From: the human T2T-CHM13v2.0 reference genome, Homo sapiens
Length of the DNA: 64,000 nt
NCBI RefSeq assembly: GCF_009914755.1
Contig: NC_060926.1
Reading direction: 5' to 3' (one strand)
Below the pieces are notes generated by a model. It was not told the origin of the DNA. It did no database searches and saw nothing but the letters and a program-made list of their open reading frames with translations. Positions 43,289 through 59,549 of the stretch are shown piece after piece; positions within the stretch are counted from its first letter, which is position 1, and every line of letters starts with the position of its first letter. A program made the translations under genes and the position numbers.

Positions 43289-44150
43289 CTAGCAAGACTC
43301 CAACTCAAAAAAAAAAAAAAAGTAAAAACAAAAATCTGTACAACTCAATAGTAAAAACACAAATACCTCAATTTAAAAGTAGGCAAAGAAAGGCGTAAGA
43401 ATGGTATGAGGGACTTTACGGACACGGGAAAGGGTGGGAGAGGGCTAAGGGGTAAAAGACTACAAATGTGTACAGTGTACCCTGCTCGGGTGATGGGTGC
43501 ACCCAAATCTCAGAAGTCACCACTAAAGAACTTATGTATGTAACCAAATACCACCTGTTCCCCCAAAACCTATGGAAATAAAAAATAAAAATAAATAAAA
43601 AATAAAAGTAGGCCAAGGATTATGCAACCTCATGAGAGAACCTGAAAACAATGAATAAAAATTAAAAATAGAAAAGGATTTCAACAGACACTTCTCCAGT
43701 GAAGGTATACAAATGGCCAATAAGCACATACAAATTTCTTCCGCATCTTCATCATTAGGGAAATGCAAATGAAAAGCACAGTGAGCTACCACTTCACCCC
43801 CATCAACACGACTAATAAAATATACAGCAAGTGTTGTCAAGTATATGGAGAAGTTGAGACCTTCATACATTCCTGGCAGGATTGTAAAGTGGTGCATCTG
43901 CTTTGAATTTGGTAGTCCTTCAAAATGTTAAACGTAGAGTTACCACATGACCCAGCAATTCCTCTCCTATGCATTTATCCAAGAGAAATGAAAGCACACA
44001 TCCACACAAAGACTTGGACACAAATGCACAAAGCAACCTCATAACGGTTCAAAATCGTGAACAACTCAAATCTCCATCAGCAATTGAGAGGATGAACAAA
44101 TTCTGGCATATCCATAGGGTGGAATACTGCTCAACAACAAGAGTGAGTTA

Positions 44151-44501
<351 letters not shown>

Positions 44502-44690
44502 TCAAAATAATTACGCCTAGTCACAGGAGCCAGTCACAAAGAACTATATTGCATGATTCCATTTATAGGAAATACCCAGGATCAGCAGGTCTATAGAGAT
44601 AGAAAGTCAATTAGTAGTTGCCTGGGGCTGGAGTGAGGGGTGAAGTGTTGAAGGGGAGTGGGGAGTGAATGTTAAGGAGTATGGCGTTTT

Positions 44691-44995
44691 GGCCAGGCAC
44701 GCTGGCTCACGCCTATAATCCCAGCACTTTGGGAGGCCGAGGCAGGCGAATCACTAGAGGTCAGGAGTTCAAGACCAACCTGGCCAACATGGGAAATCCC
44801 TTCTCTACTGAAATACAAAAAATTAGCCAGATGTGGTGGTGCACCCCTGTAATCTCAGCTACTCAGGAAACTGAGGCAGGACAATTGCTGGAACCCAGGA
44901 GGCGGAAGTTGTAGTGAGCCGAGATCATGCCACTGCACTCCAATCTGGGCGACAGAGCCAGACTCTGTCTCAAAACAAAAACAAAAACAAAAAAT
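44691..44995 (+). mobile_element. AluS with (AAAAAC)n tail
   Basis: Full Alu body. Confidence 0.9.
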
Positions 44996-46279
44996 ACAGC
45001 AAGTATTAGTACAAACATGTTCTAAGAGTAGATTATGGTGATGGTTGCACAACTCTGAATTTATTTAAAAACATTCAATTGTCTACTTTAAGTGGGTAAT
45101 TGGTATGGTATGTGAATTATAGCTCAACAAATCCTTTTTAAACAGCGTGTGAGTGATGGCAGCTGTCTGAAGCACCTTTCCTTTGATGGAGACGCACATG
45201 GCTGTGTGTTCTGGGAGCAGAGCCAGCCAACCAGCCAGTACTTCCTGAACGTTTTTGTTGTATGCAAAGCCGATAAGGTGATGCAAGTGAGAGGTCATAC
45301 TCCCTGTCCTCAGAGGAGGGACTTGCTACGTAAGCAAGGATTTGATTATGAAATCTACAACCACAGTTCAAAATTTTAAAGCATTTAGGGAGGGTTGGAG
45401 TAGTCAAAACAGGCATCTCAGAAGAGAGAGGAAATTGCCCTGGGCCTTCTAAGACAGGCAGACCAATGACAGGGATTTAGAGAACTGTGCATATGAGGGA
45501 CTATGGCAGCATCGTGTCCGGTATTTACCAAGTGCTCCCCTTTACAGCCTCCTCGAGTGCCTTCTGGGGTAACCCAGGAGATGTTGTACAGTCCAGTTGC
45601 TGGAAAGTCATGCCTTGTATTAAATGGAAATCTCTCTCCTGTTAATAATACTCTTAGCACTGACGGTGCAGTTATTGTTTCCAGAACGGTGCTGAGCCTC
45701 GGAAATATCCTCTCAGGTCGTTCCTCCCACGTGAGGCAGGTTGTGTCACCTCCTCCTCCTAGTCATCATGGTTATTTTCCAGATGGAAGGACCTGGCCAT
45801 TAGGTATAAAGTGATCTGCCACAATCACATTCCAAATCACACACTCAGGACCCCCTGCGGTGCTGTCGACTGCTGATCTTTCTCTTTTCTGATCCTCGCG
45901 GAAAAAGTCTAGTTTCCTTTCCATGTGATGGTGAATAAAGTCAAAGATAGGTTTTGTTTGTTTGTTTGTTTGTTTGTTTTGCCTCCAGTCATCTTTTCTT
46001 TTCCCTTGGGGTCAAACAAGCTCAGTTCTTAAATCATTCTGCATCCAGCTGGCTCTTGATCTCAGGCTGTGATCAAGTCCGTCAGTCCTTTACTTGAGTG
46101 TGGGCCTTAGACTGAGGGGGGATCTCTGGTGCCTGACCAGCCCAGAGGAGCAGTAGACTCACACCCCATTCTCCTGAGGGATGCATGTCAGTTGAGGCAT
46201 TCCATGACAGAATTAGCTCTTTTGACTGCCACATTCCACTGTGGACTCAAATCCTGGGTCTTTTCTTCATGTGCTGCTA

Positions 46280-46709
<430 letters not shown>

Positions 46710-46729
46710 CTATGTTATGTGGCAAAGGG

Positions 46730-47783
<1,054 letters not shown>

Positions 47784-48163
47784 AATATATTGTATTTTCA
47801 TTTTCATTCAGTTCAAAATATTTTCTAATTTCAGTTGTGGCTTTCCTTGGGACATAAGAGAATGGAGAAAAGGAAATAAATCAACAGGCAATTTCTCCCA
47901 CTTTCTGAGTGTCATGAGTCCCTTTTCCTCCTCTTTCAGCCTGTACTAAGTCTTCCCCAGGGCTTTCTCATCTGTGCCCTCATGCCCACTTCCAGATCAG
48001 GAGCTACCAGAGATAAGATGAGGAACTTGCCTCAGCATCCTTCACGTTCCAGCCTTCTCCCCGGTCCCACTGCTGCTGTTTCCTCTGCAGAGTCCTCAGG
48101 CAGCCGCCCCCTGCGCCATGTTTTGGCTTCAACGCTGCGTGTGGTGGGAGCAAGGTGGATGTG

Positions 48164-48165
48164 TT

Positions 48166-48196
<31 letters not shown>

Positions 48197-48472
48197 TTTT
48201 GGAGACAGAGTCACCCAGGCTGGAGTGCAGTGGTGCCATCTCGGCTCACTGCAAGCTCCGCCTCCCAGATTCAGGCCATTCTCCTGCCTCAGCCTCCTGA
48301 GTAGCTGGGACTACAGGCGCCCGCCACCACGCCTGGCTAATTTTTTGTATTTTTAGTAGAGATGGGGTTTCACCATGTTAGCCAGGATCGTCTCGATCTC
48401 CCGACGTCGTGATCCGCCCGCCCCGGCCTCCCAGAGTGCTGGGATTACAGGAGTGAGCCACCACACCCGGCC
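48164..48472 (-). mobile_element. AluY-like antisense
   Basis: caagctccgcctcc…ccattctcc…ttagccaggatcgtctcgatc; TSD ggtggatgtg. Confidence 0.9.
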
Positions 48473-48934
48473 AAGGGTGGATGTGCTTTTACTGCATCTG
48501 GACCTGGGACTGGAGTCTCCTGGACGTCTTTTCCTTATGGAATAATTTCTTACAAGGCTGTGGTCAAGATGAGCCTAAGTAACCTGGAAGCAGCAGACAG
48601 TCACCCAGCTGGACATGGGGGTTGGCGCTGATGGCAGAAAAGGGAAAGGAGAGAACACTTCCCAGGGAAGCTGAAACCTGGCTGACTCTTGGCTGGGTGT
48701 GGGAGGGTGGGGTGGGGCGGGGCAGGTGTTCCAGGTGCAGAGACCAGCTGCGGTCTGAGGCGGGAGAAAGCGTGGTGTCTTTAGGGAATACAAGCTAAGG
48801 ATTTCATACTGTCGTGGCACTGTGTGCAGCAGAACATCCAAGGAAAAGGCGAAATCAGGGAGAGGCCAGGTCAGGCAGGAAGTAGGACTTTGCAAACATT
48901 CTAGGGTGGTCAGATTTTGTTGCAATTTTATGGG

Positions 48935-49363
48935 GAAAGTATGACTTTCCTGTAGCTGCTGCAACAAGCTAGTACAAATATTATGACTTAAAATGCAGCC
49001 AGTGCATTACAGCTGAAGGACCGAAGCCCAAAGCCAGCCGCACTGGGCTGAAGCCAAGGTGCCTGTGGGCTGGTTCGTTCTGGAAGCTTCAGAGGGTCGG
49101 CTTCCTGCCTTTTCCAGCTTCCAGTGGCCGCCTACATTCCTTGGCTTATGGCACCCCCGTCCTTAAAGGCATCACTTCATTCTCTGGTTCCAGCATCACA
49201 TCACCTTCCGGTGATCATATCGGGACCACCTGGATAATCTGGGTTATCTCCCCATCTCATGCACTTCATTACCTCAGCCCCATCCCTTTTGCCCTAAAAG
49301 GCAACAGTCACAGGTTCTTGGGCTTAGGACACAGACATCTTGGGGGTCCCTACTCAGCCTACC
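48935..49363. mobile_element. MLT1-family (MaLR) solo LTR
   Basis: tttcctgtagctgctgcaacaa…ctgccttttccagcttccagtggccgcctacattccttggctt…acatcttgggggtccctactcagcctacca. Confidence 0.75.
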
Positions 49364-51497
49364 AAGAGGGCATTTCACAGATTTTGATTGGAGGGAGTGA
49401 TGTGATACAGCTGTCATATTTGAGGCTTAGAAAGATCTGTCTGGCCACAGAGAGAGTAGGAGGAGTAAGGGTGGAGGCCTGCAGAGTGGTTGGGAAGCTG
49501 AGAAGTAATCTGTGCCGGTGATGGAAGGTACAGCAGAGGCAGTGGTGTGAGGATAGGAAAGAACACTCAGGAGCTGTAACCCACAGAACTTGGAGCCGGA
49601 TAGATGTGGAATGGGTGAGGGAGGAAGTCTCGCAGGGCTCCGGGTCTCTGCCTTCATCAGCTGGGTCACTGGTGGTGTCACTGACTGAAGAGGGAGTTAC
49701 CCCTGAGATAAGCAGGGAATCTTGGTGAGCAGTGAGGCCCCTGAGTCTGGGAAGGCAGCTGGCAGTAGCTATTTGATTGTGCCCAGCACATAGGCAGTGC
49801 TTGAATCTGTGATGGCACGAGATGACTCAGGGACTGTGTCTAGAATTCGAAGGAGTGTAGAAGCTGCTGGGGAACAATGACCTCTGCAGTTAGAGAGAAG
49901 AGAGGGTATGAAAGGAAGCTAGTGAGGCAGGGGAATGCCAGGCAGCAGTCACGGGCAGCCCGGCCAGAGCGGGGAGCTGACATATCCGCATTCAGACCAA
50001 GTCGTCCCTCAGCTAGGGAACGGCCGCCTCTTACTGAGGCCACCTGAAACCCTGAAAGGAAAAGGTGGAGAATGGTTTTGTGTTTTCGGTGTTAAGCTTG
50101 GGGGCCAGAGGCTCAGACTGGGAGCAGAGCTGTTTCTTGGACCCTCACTGTGTGCACACATGGGGTGCTGAACAAGGCCCCCTCCGTGGAACCCGGTGTG
50201 GCCAGCGGGACCCGCTGAGCTCTCAGGCTGGCTCTGGCAACAGCTGAAAAGCTCCATTATTTGCCTTTCTGGGTACATCTGCTGAAGAGGCTCAGCGTTT
50301 TGGGGCAGTGTGAACGTCTCCCTGCCACTGAGAACAATATTCGCCCTCTGCTGTCAACCCCTGCAGGGCCTCAGAGAAAGACGCTGCTGGAGGGTGGGAG
50401 GCCTGCCCACTGTTTCTTCCATGGGTATTGTTGCTTTTCCCTCTTGTGGCACCTCCTCCCCAGCCCAGGGTAGGCTGAAGGGGCAAGGACAACGCTGAAC
50501 AGACGAGATGGGACCTAGCCCCCGGGAGCAGGGTAGGCCCTTTGGTAGGACTGGATGTCACGAGTGGGATGTGTTTCAGATGGAGCAACGGGCATGCTGA
50601 GATGGAAAAGCAGGAATGGGCATGAAGTGTACAGGGGCAGGGCTGGGGATGGCTCAGCTGAGGGGAGCCCTCCAGGGTCCCTAGCTGCCAGGACACTGCC
50701 CAGGAGAGGGGGCAGGAAGGGGCCCTCAGCCCTGTTCCTTCCCTTTGAGGCTTTGTGTTTGTGCGGCCCTCATTTTCCTGCACCCAATCTCATATGACCT
50801 TCTCAGAACCATGCACCTTGAAGTGAGTGAGGGTCAAAGAATGAAACAACTGCCCCAGTTACCAACAGTCAGGGATGAAGCCAGGGTGGAAACCAAGGTC
50901 TTCCATCCCTGGGGAGGGGAAGGGAACTCACTTTGGGGGTGCTCCTTATGTGCCAGGTATCTAATTTCTTACAAGGCTATGGTCAAGATGAGCCAGAGTA
51001 ACCTGGAAGCAGCAGACGGTCACCCAGCGAGACATGGGGGTTGGCGGTGGTGGCAGAGAAGGGAAAGCAGGGAAGGCTTCCCAGGGGAGCTCGAAGCTGG
51101 CTGACTCTTGGCTAGGTGCAGGGTAGGGTGGGGCAGGTGTTCCAGGTCTCCTGCCTCCTCAGCTCTCCTAGATCTAAGTGCTGTCAGCCCAGGAACTGAG
51201 GTTTGCGGAGGAAGTGGCTGGTGCTAGGTAAGCCGTGGTGAACATCAGAGTGTGCTCAGGGGCTCCCTAGAAGCATATCTGCAGTCATGGGTGTCAGTGG
51301 GAGACGAGCTCCAACAGTCACTTCACTTTACCCATGAAAGCCTCTGGGGGGCATAAAGGGGCCCCGCCTGTGGGTTGCTGAGCTGGGGCACAGGTCAGCT
51401 CTCTCAACCCCACAATGGCCTGGATAAAGGATTTTTCTAAACCTCAGCTTCCTACACCTAGAGCTTTAAAATGCTCATTAATATACAAAGGCTTTCA

Positions 51498-51913
<416 letters not shown>

Positions 51914-53339
51914 TCATCTGATCACTCATCCCTTCATTTGTTGTCTTCCAAATCCTGTGGACACTATTTCAGGGGATGCTTCATGCCAGCAACCTGGGAA
52001 ACTCAGGTCCACTCTCCCCTACACTGGAGACCTTTTGAACCCTCATTAATGAAAAATCAAGCACTTTTTCTTAACTCTTGCCAGTGGAGAAGGAAAAATG
52101 GAGAGACCTTATCTCCCTGGTTTTGAGGTTAATTCTTCCCCCCAAATAAAGATCCATGGAACAGGGTGGGTGTGGGAGCCTATCCAGCGTCATGATGATC
52201 TTGGCACATGCCTATCAGCTGTGAGCCTCAGGTGAGCACTCAGCCTAGCAGAACACCAGCTGTGCATCTGCAAAATGGAGCAACAGGGCCTCGCAGCACC
52301 GCAGCGCGGTTCAGGTCAGGGCAGGCAATCGGCCCAGCTGGGAATAAACTGTTAGCTCCTTCCTCTGCTGGAAATAGGCTTAGCCTTATAAAAATGAGTT
52401 AAAGCCTATTTCTAGCAGTTGGCCATGTTGATAAAGTGGATTAGCTCTTCCTCTGCTTGTTATCAAAACACAGGGCTCAAGCTTCAGGGAGCTGGCAGAG
52501 AGGGTGTGTGAGCGACATGGGCCCAGCATCAGGCGTGACCCTATCCTGATCCCTGTTGCAAAGCCTACCCTGACTCCAGAAGGCACCAGGAGCATGCGAC
52601 TGACGGCAGATGAACGTTTGAAATTGAGGCTGTCTTGGGAAACCCAGCCCTGGTGGCTCCTGCAGCCCCAGGTACTTCTATCCAAAGCAGGGTCCCCCCA
52701 GGCCCCCTGCCCAGGCCCCTTTCCGGGACTTAGGTTCCTGCCATCCCCAGCCCTCCTCCGCACCTCCTCGTTTGAGCTGAATCACGCCAATTGTGTGTCC
52801 CGTCCCCGTGACCACTGGGTACAATCGCAAATCTTACTGCTGGCAAGTTCTTTTGTCTGACTTCTGCAAGTCTTTTAATGGGGTTTCTAAAGAAGTCACT
52901 GGAAAGGAGACTGTTTTCCTGCCAGATCCTCAGCAGAGGGAAGAATTTCCCTGTTGTTTCGGGATTATGGGTTGCAAGGGAGGCGATACAAAGGAGCAGA
53001 GGAGAAGAATGGGCCAGGACACAAACTCCGTATGTGTCAGCTGGGAGCAGCAGCACCTCACGGGGCCTTGGTGCACTTTGGGGGCTGAGGTCAGGTCTCG
53101 TGGTCACCTGCCTGTGTGGAGCCAGCCCTGAGCCCTGCCTGCAGCTGGCCCAGCACACACATGCCTGCACCATCCACATGCCTACCTGGGGCATGCATGC
53201 AGAGGCTTGGGGTGTTCGCCTGTGGAGCACACCTTTAGAGGCTGCAAGGCAGCAAGCCTCTGAGTCAGGCAGCCAAGGCAGGGCTGTGGGCACTCGTGCT
53301 CTTTTGCTGCCTTCCCCAGTCTCCAGGGGAATGGGCACA

Positions 53340-53530
53340 CACAGGCTCTGGAGCCAAAGTGCCCGGATTCAAACCCTCCACTCCCTAGCTGGTGTGACTG
53401 GGAAAAGCCACTTGATCTGTCTGTGCTGTGTCTTCATTATCTGTCAAATGGCGATACAGTGCACACCTCATATGGTTGTCATAAGGCTGGCCTGTGGCAA
53501 AGGTTCAACAAATACTGTCATCAGCATTAC
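53340..53530 (+). mobile_element. MIR SINE
   Basis: ggctctggagcca…gattcaaaccc…tagctggtgtgactgggaaaagccactt…atctgtcaaatgg…cctcatatggttgtc. Confidence 0.75.
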
Positions 53531-53555
53531 TCCCATCTTATGAAGGAAGAAAATA

Positions 53556-53863
53556 GGCCGGGCACGGTGGCCACGCCTGTAATCCTAGCACTTTGGGAGG
53601 CCGAGGCGGGTGGATCACCTGAGATCAGGAGTTCGAGACCAGCCTGGCCAACGTGGTGAAACCTCTTCTCTACTAAAAATACAAAAATTAGCTGGGCATG
53701 GTGGCGGGCACCTGTAATCCTAGCTACTCGGGAGGCTGAGGCAGGAGAATCACTTGAACCTGGGAAGCAGGTTGCAGTGAGCCGAGACTGCGCCATTGCA
53801 CTCCAGCCTGGGAGACAGGAGTGAAACTCCATCTCAAAAAAAAAAAAAAGGAAAAGAAAAGAA
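53556..53863 (+). mobile_element. AluSx
   Basis: Full Alu with A tail. Confidence 0.92.
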
Positions 53864-54814
53864 GACCCACTTTTTACTTAGCTAACTAATGACAGAACTA
53901 AGTAGGACATCTGTCTAATTCCAGTTAGTGGCTAGCGGCTTCTTTTTAGAATACCAAGCTGCCTTTCAGAAGCCAGATCGAGTGATCCTGGGGCTAGGTG
54001 GGTGATGAACACTTTGGAGGGGTGGGGTTTGGTGCAGGCCATACTGTCTTGGATTTCCAGGTACCCCTAAGTTCCCTGGTCCATCTGATTTCATCCAGGC
54101 CGCTTTGCAGGAAGTGACAGCTGTTTGGGGTTCCTTGGTGCCCCCTGCCGGATAGATTGCATCTAACGTTTTCCTGGGTTGATGAAAGCCCTGGGTGCTT
54201 TGAAACTGGCTGGCTCTCCAGATTCAGGAGGGATGTGGATGTTTTTGTCTGCCTCTGCCTTAGCCATCCTGGGCCCAGCAGCTCAATTCCTCAATTCAAC
54301 CCTGGTTTTTCTTTCACTAATTAAAAGAAGTAGCTTTTAACTCTCCTTTTTACGAGCAGCTTACCAACTGTTCTGCCCCAGCGACTCACCCCACGCTGGG
54401 GGATCTCCCTATCAGCAAAAACGGAGGCTCAGTCCCTGCAGATGTTTGGTGGTTCTGTTGCATTCTGTTCTTTCTCCTTTTCAGTAGACAAACTACAAGG
54501 CGGCTGTACCAACAGTTTATCCTCTTGTTTCTTCCTCATGTGTTGGGAAAACAGGTCCCAGGAATCCTGGTGGAAGCACATTGGTGGGGAGCTGAGGAGC
54601 CTTCTGTTCCCAAGTCATTCTGCTGACATGGCCAGGCCCTCCTCAGGCCCACAAGGTGTGTGCTCAGCACGCCTCTGTCTGTGTGGCCTTGGAGGGATCA
54701 TGTCTCTGCACCTTTTCTTTCTTACATGACAAATAAACAAAGTCTGCTCAAAATTCCTTAAAGGGTACTCTGAGGACTCAGCTAGTGAGTGGGAATACGA
54801 CTGCTTTCATAATT

Positions 54815-55190
54815 AAGTTAAACTTTTTAAGGAGATAATTATAGACTCACATGCAGTTCTAAGAAATAATACAGAGATCTATCATGTACCCTTTACTGTT
54901 CCCCCCACTGGTAGCATCTTGCAAAATTTAGCACAGTCTCACACCCAGAATCTTGACAGGGACAGCCACATGGAACATTGCCATCACCACAGCATTGGTC
55001 ATGCCCTTCTTTCATAACCACTGCCACCTCCCCATCTTTCACCGCTGACAACCCACAGATCTGCGGTCCATTTCTATAATTTTTTCATTTCAAGAATAGT
55101 ATAAAATGGATCCATATAGTATGTACCATTTTGGGTTTGAATTTCTTTGCTCAGCATTATTCTCTAGAGACTCATCCAAGTTGTGCATAT
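54815..55190 (-). mobile_element. L1MC-type 3' UTR, antisense
   Basis: agactcacatgcagttctaagaaataatacagagatct…gtaccctttac…ccccactggtagcatcttgcaaaa. Confidence 0.75.
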
Positions 55191-55580
55191 GGCATGTAAT
55201 TGCCATAAGCTTTGGTTGTTTTCCAGGTCTCCTACAAAGTTGGTTCTGGCAACTCTGGTTCGTTTTTTGATGTTTCTGTTGGAGTTCTCTAGTCTGCTAT
55301 TTTGCTGACATCATTCCTCTGGAAGATGACTTTAAAATTAGAAAATATTCTGATTTTCCTTCTCCCTTGTTCCCTTTGTATTCTTTTTCTCTCATGAGCT
55401 CTATTTCTTCTGTCTTGTGGCTGTCCCTTAGGGCTTTTCCATCAGCCTTATTCTCTTGTTCCTCCACATACAAACTCTAGATTAGCGCATTGCTTGGCTT
55501 TATCTACAGATCGATGGCCCCACATCAGTCTCCAGCCCCGATATCACTCTTTTCCATCTGACCACCTCCTGGATACCTAC

Positions 55581-55993
55581 TGTCTGAGTCAGTTTTCTGT
55601 TGCTATAACTGAATACCTGAGACTGGGTAATCTTTAAAAAGGTTTATTTTGGTTGATGGTTCTGGAGGCTGGGAAGTGCAAGATCAGACAGCCACGTCTG
55701 CTTGGCTTCAGATGAGAGCCCCTTTCTGCATCAACAGCTGGTGGAGAAGTGGAAGGGAAAGCAGGCAATTGTGAAAGTGTGGCCCCACTTTCTAACAACC
55801 AGCTCTCATGGCAACTAATTCAGTCCTGCAAGAACTCACTCACTCCCAGGAGAATTAACCTAGTCCCTCTAGAGCAGCATTAATCCCCCCGATGATCAAA
55901 TCACCTCTTAGATTTCGCCACCTCCCAACACTGCCATGCTGGGGATCAAATTTCCAAGGCATGAATTCTGAGGGACACACTTAACCCATAGCT
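55581..55993. mobile_element. MST/MLT1A-type MaLR solo LTR
   Basis: tgtctgagtcagttttctgttgctataactgaatacctgagactgggtaat…catgaattctgagggacaca…catagc; 5-bp TSD cctac. Confidence 0.8.
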
Positions 55994-56641
55994 CCTACCA
56001 AGATATTCCGCAAGTGGATCAAACTCAGTCTCATTTCTCTCCCTCCCGGCTCCCACACTTGCTTCTGGGCAGCCTCCTAACATATTTTGTGGTCTCCAGT
56101 CATGCCCACTCTAGTTATGTCTCCATATGGAAGCCAGTCTTTAACACCAATCCAGCTTCCCTAGTGTGGCAGACAAGACCATTTAACTTCAGCCCATTCT
56201 TCTTTGGCTCTCTTTCTCTTTCTGTAACTCCCATCACGCCGCTTCACTGCGTGGCACATGCCTCCAGCCTTTCCCTAACATGTCACCTCTACCTGGAATG
56301 TCAGCTTTTTCTCCAGCCAGGAACCTTACCTTCTAGTTGGTTCAGCCGCTCATAGGGTAGGCTTTCCCCATGTCCTCACCCCGCAGGTGATTCCCTCCAT
56401 GTGTCACCCTGGATTGCCATGGCTTGTTTGCTGTCTGTCTTGCTCTACAGCCTCCTGGGGGCACAGGCGGCCTAGGGTTTGGAGGGGCTGCATCACAGGA
56501 CGCTGCCTGACAGGCAGTAGGAGCACCGCATGAATGCTGCCGAGTGGATGGAGGACTCAGGTCCTAGCTTATGGAAATGCCAGCACTTAGAGAACGCTTT
56601 CTGTGGGACTGACTGTGTGCTAGGTACTTTGTATGAGCATC

Positions 56642-56939
<298 letters not shown>

Positions 56940-57501
56940 ATGATCATCTTTTCAAAGAGATAGGTATTATTAGCTCCCACTCAAAGATGAGCAAACAAAA
57001 TCTAAGAGAGTTAAAGTAACTTGCCCAGCTAACTAGAGGGGAAGGTGGGATGTGGACCCAGTTCTGGATGATCCCAAAGCCTGTGTGATCTTTCAGGGTT
57101 GTCCTTTCTCCTGAAGTAAAGGCTCAGCAGCTCTTACAAATATATGGATCTTATTTGTCGTTTTTAGATATGTGTGAATATATGCAGTCATGTGTGTCAG
57201 GGCAGAGAATTAGTATGTATTTGATAGAGTAAAATAAAAGGGTCTAGGTACAGTGATTCCTAACTTGGGGCTTTTAGTGCCAAAGTAAGATTATGAGGAA
57301 GCCCTCCATGGTGGCGATGGGGTCCTCAGAACACACAGGCTCCAACCCGCTCTCCGTGCATGCCCTCCAGCTCACAGGGAGCTGCGTAGAAGCGGTGCTC
57401 CCAGGGTAAGGGGGACGCAGGGGTTCTAGAATAGGCCCAGCTCAAATGAGTACATAGCTTAGAGAACCATGGGGCAGAAAGTGGAGAGGGGATGTGCTTT
57501 T

Positions 57502-57655
57502 TTAAAAAAAATCATTTATTTTAAGATTTATTATTTTAATTAACGAATAAATATGGTATATATTTAGTGTACACAACATGTTTTGAAATGTGCATGTGTT
57601 GTGGAAAGCCTAACTTGAGCTAATTCACACATGCATTGCTTCACATAGTTATCAT
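57502..57655 (-). mobile_element. Short L1MA 3'-end insertion with TSD
   Basis: gtacacaacatgttttgaaatgtgcatgtgttgtggaa…gagctaattcacacatgcatt; TSD gggatgtgctttt. Confidence 0.75.
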
Positions 57656-57746
57656 GGGATGTGCTTTTCATTCACTTCTCCAGAGTGCCAGACTTCTAAG
57701 GCTTAGCGATCCCAAACAGGCATTGGCTTGCCCAGTCATGCCTCCT

Positions 57747-58044
<298 letters not shown>

Positions 58045-58357
58045 TCACCACTATCTGACATGTAATTATTTATCATTCATCACTTCTGTTAGAATGTCAG
58101 CGCCATGGGGTTGGGGATTTTGACTGTTTGCTTTAACCAGTGTATCACCAGTTCCTGAAACAGCACCAGGCACTGAATCTGTGTTGAATAAATTAAGGGG
58201 TGCTTTAGTCTTGTTTGAGCCTTGTACGGTATCCAGCCCTGTGCTTGGTACTATGGAAACGTTAGGAGGAGATGATGGCACTCCTCCTCTCAGGAAGTTA
58301 AATGGAGAGTTGGATTGTCAGAGACTCAGATTACCTTTACTTTCCTTAAAAGATAAT

Positions 58358-58550
58358 AAAGGGTTGGCAAAAATTTAAGAGCGAAATCATAAATACTTTA
58401 GGGTTTGTAGGCAGTATAGGGTCTCTGTCATATATTCTTTATCTTTTTTTTACAACCCATTCAAAACACAAAAATCATTCTTAGCTCACAGGCTGTACAA
58501 AAATAGATCATGGGCTAGATTTGGTCCACGAATTGTAGTTTGCTGGCCTT
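58358..58550. mobile_element. MER58-type hAT MITE
   Basis: agggttggcaaa…aaatactttagggtttgtaggc…aatcattcttagctcacaggctgtacaaaa…gatttggtccacgaattgtagtttgctggc. Confidence 0.75.
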
Positions 58551-58568
58551 TGAGATAGTAAATTATCC

Positions 58569-58948
58569 TGTCACTGTTTCATGGATGCTGTCAGAAGACA
58601 TGAGATTCCTGGGTCAGAAACAAAGGATTTTATTACTCACAGGCCAGAAAGAGCATCCTATTTGTGACAGTTTCTGCCTTCTGTAGGACAGAGAGCCAGA
58701 GCCAGCACAGAGGGCCCAAGTGGATGCTGTGTGAGCAGTGGGTTTGTATCACAGCTGAGGACAGTCCCTTCCTTTATGGCAAGCCTGCTCTTTGTTCTGG
58801 AAGGAGACATTACCTCATCCCTCATAGTTGCTTGCTGCAAACACGACCCTGAGCAATGAGTAGGGATGGAACCAGGCTGTGTATTCTTGGCTTTCCCAGC
58901 ACATATGTGCAGGGATACTCAGGGCCACGGTGATTGCCTCTCTCAACG
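58569..58948 (-). mobile_element. ERVL-type solo LTR (MER54/MER74-like, subfamily uncertain)
   Basis: tgtcactgtttcatggatgctg…gattcctgggtcaga…ttttattactcacag…gattgcctctctcaac resembles recalled ERVL LTRs. Confidence 0.5.
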
Positions 58949-59549
58949 TTGGCTTCATTCCTTTGCATTTTCAATCGAATTAAATGGAGTTCAGTGCATT
59001 CCAGGAAACACAGTTGGGACTAATGACACAAAGATAAATGAAATATGGTCCCCATCCTCCAGATATTGACGGGTTCTTTGCAGCTGTAATGTATTGTGTT
59101 CACAACAGAGGCATACACATTACTCTGGCAGTACAAAGAGGTGCCTGGCCATTTTTTGGGCATCATGGGGACACATAAGAGAGGAAGTAGTTTTTGGATT
59201 GGTCATTAATGGATGCCCAGGCAAGGCAACATGGGAGAGGAAAGGATGTCCAGGTAGAGGCTACGGCTCAGGCAGAGGCTCAGAGGCATGTTGGAGCACC
59301 ACGGAAGAGCAAAGAAGCAGGCATGGCTGAGCACAGCACAGGTGGGAGGGGCCCATGGTAATGAGTCCAGGAGGGAGGGAGTGAGAGAAGAAGCTACATT
59401 TTCCAGGAACTGGTTGCTTAGGGACACTAACTTATCTTCATATTCTGTCAGGCAACTTATTGAGCAAATATTGTGTGCAGATCTTTTTAATTATGTATTA
59501 ATTTGGAATTCTTCTGTATGGAAGATATGTCTCTTTTACAGGAGATTTT

